The notes below the pieces were generated by a model. That model was not told the origin of the DNA. It worked only from the letters and a program-made list of their open reading frames with translations, and did no database searches. From positions 1 through 26,327 of the IMG/VR virus record IMGVR_UViG_3300005805_000410: 26,327 bases of DNA; one strand, 5' to 3'. Below are positions 19,087 to 26,327 of this stretch, piece by piece. This DNA comes from a virus. Its lineage: Duplodnaviria > Caudoviricetes. The translations under genes and the position numbers were made by a program. Position 1 is the first letter of the stretch; every line of letters begins with the position of its first letter.

Positions 19087-20229
19087 ATGGCATTCTCAGT
19101 AATAATAAAATTAACAACAGCGGGGGCAGATACAGGACCAACATTTAGTTTATTTTCAAATGTTGATTCTTATGCAACTGCATTTGAAACGGGTATTAGT
19201 AAAACATCACTAACAAGTGTAGGTGGTTATATTTCAACACTTGTTCCTGATAACACAACAATAATAAGAGTAAAATCTATTAGTGGTTCATGTCCAGATG
19301 AATATGTTGATTTAAACATTTCAGGATTACCAACACCAACATTAACACCAACTCCGACTATAACAATTACACCTACAACCACACCTACCATTACAACTAC
19401 ACCAACAGAAACTATTACACCTACAATTACCGCAACAGAATCTGCGATTTGTTATTATACACAAACAGGAACATATCCGCTTTCAGGAGCGGTAGTGAGC
19501 ACTAGTGGTTTAATAAAAGTAACCACAGGTACAATCCATGTATGGGCTAAATATAATTCTGCAGGTACATCATCAGGTACCGCGTCATTTGGTTTAACTA
19601 TTGGTGGATTAAGTGCAACAGGTGGTTTCACAATAACATCATTTGGACAAGTCGGATATACGAATTCTGGCGGAAGTAATAACCTCACTTATTTTGTATT
19701 AACACCGGGAACATATGAGTATACATTAGTTAAAACAGACAATTATACCAGTGGTAATAACGTAAATTTAGTATACACAACAGGAGGAGCAACCGATCCG
19801 GCAGTTGCAACAAATATGGATCCATGTACGAGTGAACCTTCTGGACCATACTTACCATTACTTGATGCAACACCAACAACAACACCAACATTGACATTAA
19901 ATAGATTTTATGTAGCCGCACCGGTTTCTGATATCACAACAACATATTGTGTTTCGCCTGGTTATGTATTAACAGGTGCACTATGGTCATATGCAACAAC
20001 AATTAGTGGTTTAATGAATGAGACGGTTTATCTTGACGAATATGGTGATGATATATTCATTGGGGTAGATGGTTATAAGTATGCGGTTAGTTTAACTGCG
20101 GGAATTAATACATATACCGACGGATCATCCAATTATGAATTAATTCAAATTGACCAATATGGTTCCGTATGGAATGTACTTTCTCCTAATTGTAGTGGAT
20201 CGGGAGGTGGAGGAGACGTACCATTGTAA
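19087..20229 (+). CDS. Modular Pro/Thr-linked virion accessory/adhesin protein (380 aa)
   Basis: N-terminal domain (TAGADTGPTFSLFSNVDSYATAFETGISKTSL...VPDNTTIIRVKS..C) related to the 12963 and 17039 genes. C-terminal domain related to the 17725 gene. Confidence 0.75.
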   Translation: MAFSVIIKLTTAGADTGPTFSLFSNVDSYATAFETGISKTSLTSVGGYISTLVPDNTTIIRVKSISGSCPDEYVDLNISGLPTPTLTPTPTITITPTTTPTITTTPTETITPTITATESAICYYTQTGTYPLSGAVVSTSGLIKVTTGTIHVWAKYNSAGTSSGTASFGLTIGGLSATGGFTITSFGQVGYTNSGGSNNLTYFVLTPGTYEYTLVKTDNYTSGNNVNLVYTTGGATDPAVATNMDPCTSEPSGPYLPLLDATPTTTPTLTLNRFYVAAPVSDITTTYCVSPGYVLTGALWSYATTISGLMNETVYLDEYGDDIFIGVDGYKYAVSLTAGINTYTDGSSNYELIQIDQYGSVWNVLSPNCSGSGGGGDVPL

Positions 20230-20258
20230 ATAAAACATAAAAATTATATTTAACATAT

Positions 20259-22433
20259 ATGAGTTTTTTAAATAGTAATAATTCAGAATTTATATCGGCG
20301 AGAATTACTCAGAAAGGTAGAAATGCCATTGCTAAAGGTAATTTTAATATTGAGTATTTTCAAATCGGAGATTCTGAATTTGATTATAATTTAATTTATT
20401 CAGGTTTAACAGGACAAACAAGCCATCAAAAGGTTTTATCACCATTTGATAAAGAGACTGGTTTAAAATATCCATATAAAATTGATTCATCCACAAGTGG
20501 AACAACATATGGTACACCAATTCAACAATCCACAACAGATACAATTAGAAATGTTATGGGACCGGCAGGTTTTATATCTGAGTATAATGAGTTTGAAGAT
20601 TGTTCAGGTGATCCCGATATAAAATCTACAACAATACAATGTGAAACACAATCAATTAACATAACATCTTTAACAGGTGGAACATCCATTCAAGTATTGG
20701 ACGGAACAGGATTTCAAAACTGTGAATTTATTACAGTAGTATTTGACCAATTCTGTAGTATACCACCAGTGGTTACAGGAAATTCAAGTAGTTTAATTTA
20801 TAGAATTGAAAGTATATCGGGTAACACATTAAATTTAGATAGAAATACACCAAATTTCACAAGTTTATCTGGTAACATACAAGTAATTTGCAATAAATGT
20901 GAGTTGGAATATCCAAATGAGGTAAACGGAGAATGTATACCAAATCCGATTGACCCATCCGAACAACAAAATGCTTGGACATTGAATATTGTTTGGGATA
21001 AAAAACCAATTGGTGCGGATGTAATATTAACAAATGAAAGTTTATCAGGTTATACAAGTAACAGATTTGTGTCGACTAAAGAATTTTTAGGTTACACATC
21101 AACAGGTCAAACATTTGAAAATTTTACAGGTGGTACAATAACCGGATTTAGTTCTACTTCAGTTGGTTCGGGTTATAAAAATTCATTCGATGAGTTTATT
21201 GAAGTTTCACCGAAAGAACAAAGATGTGTTGCAATAATACATTATTCAGAATTGGGTGATTTGATTAATGACCCTGAAAGATTTTATAAGTATGATGATT
21301 ATATAAGTTATAAAACAGGAACCACAGGTCAAGATATTTCTTTAGTTGAAGATAGGAATGGTTTTGATATTAGTGATACACAATATTTTGAAATTTATAT
21401 TCCATTTATTCATTATCACAGAAATACGGGTACAACTTATGGTGCGTTGTTCTATATGGACACAACAGACTACTATGTTAGATCTACTGTGAGTGAAAGA
21501 CATGAATTACTATTCAGATATTTGAAAGATGAATCAGGTAATAGAGTTGGTAAAGTATTTCCAAAAAATAAGATAGTGGTTTTTGATGACCAAGAACTTG
21601 TTGCCATATTAGATTATAGAAGTAATAGAAAATTCACATTGGGTGCACCAAAAGTAACTGCAGTACCAAGTAACAATACGGTTGCAAATTCAATTATTTC
21701 AGGAACAACAGGACAAACATTTTATGTTACATACTTACTTTCAGAAACAAATGGTACAGTATCACCACTAAACACACTACCATCAAACTATTATGTAAAG
21801 TTGTCAATTAACAATACTGGAGATACCACATATCAAACAATTACATATCCATCAAGTATTAATGTTAAATTCAGTGGTAATACGTTTAATTATATGACTG
21901 CAGATGGATTTATTCCACAGTTCAAAGGGAAATACTTTAAAATACTTGTTCAAGATACAACAAATAACACCAACAGATTACCAAATCCACAAGAATGGAA
22001 AATTATTGATTACACAACTCAAGCTGGTGGAAACGGTACATCATACTTAACCGCCGCAGGGTTAACAGGTACAACTTTTACAATTTCAAAATCTGATTAC
22101 GATTCTGCAAGTTTCTTTGATTTAGAAAACTTCATGGGTAACAACTATTTGTTAACGGGAGTATCAACAGATTCTCAATTTGGTGACGAACAACCATTAC
22201 CTGGTAGTATTAGATTAGTAAGAGCGAGTGATATTGAACAGATGAATTTCTTAGTTAATTTACCGTCAACACAATTCAATCAAACCCAAAACCCAACTTA
22301 TTTAAGTGGGGACAAATACATTACGGAAATTTCATTATTGGATTCTAATAAAGATGCTTTGGTAAAAGGAAAAACCGCAGTACCCGTAAAAAGAAACGGT
22401 ACACAAGTTTTTTCTGTTAGATTAGATTTTTAA
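20259..22433 (+). CDS. Baseplate/tail-fibre attachment-like structural protein (724 aa)
   Basis: The N-terminal ARITQKGRNAIAKG...YFQIGDSEFDY and C-terminal YITEISLLDSNKDALVKGK...VRLDF resemble the two ends of the DUF3751/P2 gpH N-terminal-type fibre attachment fold, with about 600 aa in between. Confidence 0.6.
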   Translation: MSFLNSNNSEFISARITQKGRNAIAKGNFNIEYFQIGDSEFDYNLIYSGLTGQTSHQKVLSPFDKETGLKYPYKIDSSTSGTTYGTPIQQSTTDTIRNVMGPAGFISEYNEFEDCSGDPDIKSTTIQCETQSINITSLTGGTSIQVLDGTGFQNCEFITVVFDQFCSIPPVVTGNSSSLIYRIESISGNTLNLDRNTPNFTSLSGNIQVICNKCELEYPNEVNGECIPNPIDPSEQQNAWTLNIVWDKKPIGADVILTNESLSGYTSNRFVSTKEFLGYTSTGQTFENFTGGTITGFSSTSVGSGYKNSFDEFIEVSPKEQRCVAIIHYSELGDLINDPERFYKYDDYISYKTGTTGQDISLVEDRNGFDISDTQYFEIYIPFIHYHRNTGTTYGALFYMDTTDYYVRSTVSERHELLFRYLKDESGNRVGKVFPKNKIVVFDDQELVAILDYRSNRKFTLGAPKVTAVPSNNTVANSIISGTTGQTFYVTYLLSETNGTVSPLNTLPSNYYVKLSINNTGDTTYQTITYPSSINVKFSGNTFNYMTADGFIPQFKGKYFKILVQDTTNNTNRLPNPQEWKIIDYTTQAGGNGTSYLTAAGLTGTTFTISKSDYDSASFFDLENFMGNNYLLTGVSTDSQFGDEQPLPGSIRLVRASDIEQMNFLVNLPSTQFNQTQNPTYLSGDKYITEISLLDSNKDALVKGKTAVPVKRNGTQVFSVRLDF

Positions 22434-22471
22434 TATTTACTTATCAAAGAATATTACTTATATATTTTGAT

Positions 22472-23092
22472 ATGAGTATAGATATTAAATTTAAGAACAA
22501 GCCAAAGATTTTGGGTTTGGATATTTCAACCAAAACAATTGGATGGGCACTGTTTGATATAACAGGATCCAAATTATTAGAGTTAACTCACTTCTCACCA
22601 AAAATCAAACCTCAGCCTGAAGACAAAATAGAAGAATTAATAAAAAAGGCCGATGCGTTCAAGAAACATCTTGAGGGTTATAAGGATATGGGTATCACTC
22701 GTGTAATAATAGAAGAACCATTATTACAATCTAATAACATTTATACGGTAGGAACTCTATTGAGGTATAATACTTTAATTTTGAAAAATTGTTATGATAT
22801 TCTAGGTATCATACCAACTTTTATTTCAACATATAATGCAAGAAAATTCGCGTTTCCTGATTTAGTTGGAAAAAACGATAAAAATAGAAATGTATTATTT
22901 GGTGGTTATCCAAAGGATATTGATAAGAAACACGTAATATGGGAACATGTTAATGCTGTTTGTTCTGATGTAAATTGGTTATACGGAAAGACAGGTAATC
23001 TTAAAAAAGAGAACTACGATATGGCTGACGCCGCAACTGCGGTTATCGGATACATCAACATGATTAAACAAGAAGAAAAATCCGGCAACTAA
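22472..23092 (+). CDS. RuvC-like Holliday junction resolvase (RNase H fold)
   Basis: Catalytic acidic motifs ILGLDISTKTIGWA, VIIEEP and DMADA. Confidence 0.85.
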   Translation: MSIDIKFKNKPKILGLDISTKTIGWALFDITGSKLLELTHFSPKIKPQPEDKIEELIKKADAFKKHLEGYKDMGITRVIIEEPLLQSNNIYTVGTLLRYNTLILKNCYDILGIIPTFISTYNARKFAFPDLVGKNDKNRNVLFGGYPKDIDKKHVIWEHVNAVCSDVNWLYGKTGNLKKENYDMADAATAVIGYINMIKQEEKSGN

Positions 23093-23127
23093 GATTTTTT
23101 TATAGATTCTTTTTACTATATATTTAT

Positions 23128-23202
23128 TAACGAGGACGGGACGTGTAGAAATACATGTTTAGTTGGTTCCCCCGGGAGTGGTGTACCGGGGGATTTTTTT
23201 TT
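23128..23202 (+). ncRNA. Candidate small non-coding RNA with two hairpins
   Basis: GC-rich intergenic island directly after a TATTTAT motif (23121-23127). It contains the hairpin ACGTGTA-GAAA-TACATGT (23141-23158) and then the terminator hairpin. Confidence 0.3.
23168..23202 (+). terminator. Rho-independent terminator
   Basis: Stem TCCCCCGG (23168-23175) / CCGGGGGA (23186-23193) with a 10-nt loop, followed by T9. Confidence 0.85.
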
Positions 23203-23234
23203 ACAACTATTTTTTCATATATTTTATTCTACCT

Positions 23235-24173
23235 ATGGTAGAACAAGAAGTAGACTTTTCGGGGGTAATTGATATACTTGAAGATATTTTCGGTGATTAT
23301 AAGATGCATAATGATTACCGAGGACAAATATCTTTTGATTGCCCCGTATGTTCATACGATATTAAGGGATTAGACCAAGGAGACGGAAAAGGTAATCTTG
23401 AAATAAACTATAAACAAAGTGTGTTTAAATGTTGGGTATGTGCGGAATCACATGAAACCCACGGATCTTTATATAAACTAATTAAAAAGTACGGTAACCC
23501 AAAGCAACTAAAAAAATATCAGTTGTTAAAACCAGAAGATGTTGACACACCAAAAAGAACCTATAAACAAGTTAAATTACCAAGAGAATTTATTCCATTT
23601 AAATCTGCGAGTTTTGGTTTGAAATTAACCCCCCAATTTAAACAGGCTTGGAACTATATTAAAAGTAGAAACATAACAGATGAAATGATTGATAAATTCA
23701 ATATAGGTTTTTGTTATCAAGGACCCTATGAAAATAGAATAATCATACCATCATATGATTCAAATAAAAACTTAAATTATTTTATTGCACGTTCTTATTT
23801 AACAAGAACCAAAATGAAATATAAAAATCCTGAAATTGATAAAGAAAGTTTATTATGGAATGAACATCTCATCAATTGGGATGAACCGATTTATATTGTT
23901 GAGGGTGCGTTTGATTCTATATTTTTAAACAACTCAATTCCGATGTTGGGAAAATATATGACACAAAATCTCTTTAATAAACTTTATAATTCATCAAAAA
24001 AAGTTATTATAGTGTTAGACCCCGATGCTTGGACTGACGCTGAAAGATTGTATCACAAACTTAACTGTGGAAAATTAATGGGTAAAGTTTGGATAGTTAA
24101 ATTAGAAGGAGATAAAGATATTGCAGACTTAAAAGGAGATTTAAGTCAACATAAAATAAAACAATTAGATTAA
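23235..24173 (+). CDS. DNA primase (zinc-binding domain + Toprim; DnaG/phage type)
   Basis: CPVC...CWVC zinc finger, RIIIP, KYKNP, and Toprim motifs IVEGAFDS, LDPDA and KDIAD. Start set at ATG 23235 because the ORF-track extension runs through the terminator. Confidence 0.9.
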   Translation: MVEQEVDFSGVIDILEDIFGDYKMHNDYRGQISFDCPVCSYDIKGLDQGDGKGNLEINYKQSVFKCWVCAESHETHGSLYKLIKKYGNPKQLKKYQLLKPEDVDTPKRTYKQVKLPREFIPFKSASFGLKLTPQFKQAWNYIKSRNITDEMIDKFNIGFCYQGPYENRIIIPSYDSNKNLNYFIARSYLTRTKMKYKNPEIDKESLLWNEHLINWDEPIYIVEGAFDSIFLNNSIPMLGKYMTQNLFNKLYNSSKKVIIVLDPDAWTDAERLYHKLNCGKLMGKVWIVKLEGDKDIADLKGDLSQHKIKQLD

Positions 24174-25054
24174 TGGATTTAAAAGAAATTTCAAAAGAAA
24201 TAAATGAGTTATTAGAAAAAAGAAGAACAGAACTTGATATAACATTTGTAGAGGAAGAACACATATATTATATGAGAGACGTTGATGGTGTTCTAAGAAA
24301 AACGTTTCCTTCTGTATCCAAACTAATAAAAAAATTCCACAAGGCATTTGACGCGGAAGGTACCGCACTTAGAATGTCTAATGGTGACCCCGAAGCCGCC
24401 GCATTGTTACAAGAACAATGGAGACAAGCAGGTAGTTACGCAACAAACATGGGGAGTAGAGTTCACTTTGAACTTGAAATAGAGGCAGTTAATAGAAATG
24501 GTAACTACAAAGATGTTAGACAACCAATATTTGAATGTGACGAAACCCAATTAACAAGAAGTGACAATATGATAAAAGCGGGTAAAGAATTTTTATCATT
24601 AATGGAAGAAAGAGGTGCGATTTTATTGGATACAGAAATTGTTCTTGGTGATAATGAATTGGGTTATACAGGTCAACCGGATAAATGTTGGTTGATGTTG
24701 AATAAGGAACAAACTGACTTTGGATTAGTAATAACCGATTGGAAAACAAACCAACCAAAAAATTTTGAAATACAACATTACACCAGTAAAATGTTTTCAC
24801 CATTTAATGAATATCATGATACCGCATTAGGTCATTACTACTTACAATTACCATTGTATGCAAGACTTCTATTAAAGATGTTGAAGGGTACAAAATATGA
24901 GAATTTGAAATTACTTGGTTGTGTAATTGTATTATTGAAAGAGGATGGAACATATATGGAATACAAGGTTCCACAAAAGGTGAATAAAATGGTAATGGAT
25001 TTAGATTTAACGAAATATATTAATTATGGTAAAAAAACTTATACATATCGCTGA
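24173..25054 (+). CDS. PD-(D/E)XK (RecB-family) exonuclease
   Basis: Motifs PSVS, GSRVH, TE, GQPD, ITDWKT and YYLQLPLY. TAATG coupling to the primase gene. Confidence 0.85.
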   Translation: MDLKEISKEINELLEKRRTELDITFVEEEHIYYMRDVDGVLRKTFPSVSKLIKKFHKAFDAEGTALRMSNGDPEAAALLQEQWRQAGSYATNMGSRVHFELEIEAVNRNGNYKDVRQPIFECDETQLTRSDNMIKAGKEFLSLMEERGAILLDTEIVLGDNELGYTGQPDKCWLMLNKEQTDFGLVITDWKTNQPKNFEIQHYTSKMFSPFNEYHDTALGHYYLQLPLYARLLLKMLKGTKYENLKLLGCVIVLLKEDGTYMEYKVPQKVNKMVMDLDLTKYINYGKKTYTYR

Positions 25055-25835
25055 TATCCACATCAGAACATTTCAGTTACATGATTTATATAAAACACAA
25101 TTTGAAAAATTTCTTGAAGAAATAAAAAAACAAGTTGTGGGTTATAATTTTGATGAAGTGAGAGTAGTGATTGCAGGAGATGTTGCACATCAAAAGATTA
25201 ATATCTCCAATGAACAAATGATGTTGACTTCATGGTTTATCAATGAACTAGCAACGAATATTGGTAAAGTTATTATCATACCGGGTAACCACGACTTTTT
25301 AGAGAATAACACACAACGATTAGATAGTATAACACCTATTGTGGAATTACTTAATAACGACGATATAAGTTATTTTAAAAATAGTGGAGTATACAAAGAC
25401 GATAATATTAATTGGGTTGTTTATTCACTCTACCAACATAATGAAAGACCTCAGTTTGAAAAATCAATAGATGGAGAAATCAATGTCGGTCTATTTCACG
25501 GAGTTATTCAAGGAATGTCAACAGATATCGGTTTTCAATTTGAAGATGGTTATGATAGGTTAAACTTTGTAGATTTAGATTTACTTCTTTGTGGTGACAT
25601 TCATAAAAGACAACAGTTTAAACTACCAAATGGAGGTAAAGGTGTGATGGTTGGATCTTTAATACAACAAAATTTTGGTGAGACAGTAAAGCATCATGGA
25701 TATGGTATATACGATGTTGAAAATGATGAATATACATTTCACGATTTACCAAACGAACAACCATTTTTACACTTCTCCATAAATGATATAACTGACATTG
25801 AAAATGAAAAAGAAGAACTCCTTAATCTTGGATGA
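25026..25835 (+). CDS. SbcD/Mre11/T4 gp47-like metallophosphoesterase nuclease subunit
   Basis: All five motifs present: HIADIH, AGDVAH, PGNHD, FHG, GDIH. GSLIQQNFGE is typical of SbcD-like phage nucleases. Confidence 0.85.
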   Translation: MVKKLIHIADIHIRTFQLHDLYKTQFEKFLEEIKKQVVGYNFDEVRVVIAGDVAHQKINISNEQMMLTSWFINELATNIGKVIIIPGNHDFLENNTQRLDSITPIVELLNNDDISYFKNSGVYKDDNINWVVYSLYQHNERPQFEKSIDGEINVGLFHGVIQGMSTDIGFQFEDGYDRLNFVDLDLLLCGDIHKRQQFKLPNGGKGVMVGSLIQQNFGETVKHHGYGIYDVENDEYTFHDLPNEQPFLHFSINDITDIENEKEELLNLG

Positions 25836-26327
25836 TGAGTTTATTCTATATTGTCAACTTAATGAAATTGAAAATGTAGAAAAACTTGCCAAAGAAACTT
25901 TTAATAGGGGATTTTCTTTATTAAAATATCCTGAAACACCTATAAGTTCTACTAAAGAAAAAATAGTAGAGAAAGAAGTAATTAGAGAGGTGCCGGTTGA
26001 AAAAATAGTCGAGGTTATCAAAGAGGTACCCGTTGAAAAAATTGTGATTAAAGAAGTCACAAAAGAAGTTCCCGTAGAGAAAATTGTTGAAGTGATTAAG
26101 GAAGTACCTGTTGAAATTAAAGGGGAAACTCAGGTAATAACTAAAGAGGTGATTAAGGAGGTTAAGGTTGAGGTACCCATAGTTAAAGAAGTGATTAAAG
26201 AAGTAACAAATACCAAAGAGATTGATGAGTTAAAAAAGGAAAATGAAAAACTCAAAATCGAATTAGAAAAAATCAATCAGTCATTGGATAAATTTAATAA
26301 GGCGAAATATATGAAGAATAGTGACTT
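25804..26327 (+). CDS. Hypothetical protein with EKIVEVIKEVPV (alveolin/IMCp-like) repeats and a coiled coil; 3'-truncated
   Basis: Absent from the ORF track because it runs off the window. Translated by hand from ATG 25804: MKKKNSLILDDEFILYCQLNEIENVEKLAKETFNRGFSLLKYPETP...EKEVIREVPVEKIVEVIKEVPVEK...; no stop before the window end. Confidence 0.85.
   Translation, partial: MKKKNSLILDDEFILYCQLNEIENVEKLAKETFNRGFSLLKYPETPISSTKEKIVEKEVIREVPVEKIVEVIKEVPVEKIVIKEVTKEVPVEKIVEVIKEVPVEIKGETQVITKEVIKEVKVEVPIVKEVIKEVTNTKEIDELKKENEKLKIELEKINQSLDKFNKAKYMKNSD

Noticed and set aside
22472-23092. Transposase/TnpB or Cas RuvC domain
   Set aside because: It is a stand-alone 206-aa protein with resolvase-like motif spacing, no zinc ribbon, and no terminal repeats seen.
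23163-23234. N-terminal extension of primase given by the ORF track
   Set aside because: It starts at TTG and runs through the terminator hairpin and T-run. ATG 23235 gives a normal primase N-terminus.
24173-25054. Cas4 assignment for the PD-(D/E)XK nuclease
   Set aside because: It lacks the four-Cys Fe-S cluster pattern and CRISPR context, and it sits in a replication/recombination module.
1-26327. Alternative genetic code (stop-codon reassignment as in some large phages)
   Set aside because: Standard-code ORFs tile the window almost completely, and TAA, TAG (16988, 19056) and TGA (2524, 25835) all end genes at sensible boundaries.

Overview
An AT-rich window in which every credible gene is on the + strand, densely packed (ATGA/TAATG overlaps), in the standard code. 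It is best read as part of a large tailed phage genome. The host is probably Bacteroidota (no Shine-Dalgarno motifs, A/T-rich leaders, SprB-type repeats); this is inference. Positions 1-22433 form a virion structural module. It contains several hypothetical structural proteins, a 1969-aa baseplate-wedge-like protein (degenerate Hint-like domain, Pro/Thr stalk with repeated Cys-strand motifs, C-terminal VWA-like domain), a cadherin + SprB-repeat adhesin, three smaller Pro/Thr-linked modular proteins and a baseplate/fibre-attachment-like protein. Positions 22472-26327 form a DNA metabolism module: RuvC-like resolvase, DnaG-type primase, PD-(D/E)XK nuclease, SbcD/Mre11-like phosphoesterase and a truncated alveolin-like repeat protein. 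The most interesting signal is a possible modular docking system. A short Cys-bearing strand (D/N-C-x-F/L-D/G-V/G-D/T-V/A/I) occurs about 13 times across four structural genes, and a homologous single-Cys N-terminal domain heads three adhesin-like genes. Other notable signals are a strongly enriched [S/T]-G-x-T tetrapeptide in structural proteins, a recurrent TATTTAT leader motif and a candidate small RNA. All assignments are by eye from motifs; no searches were run.
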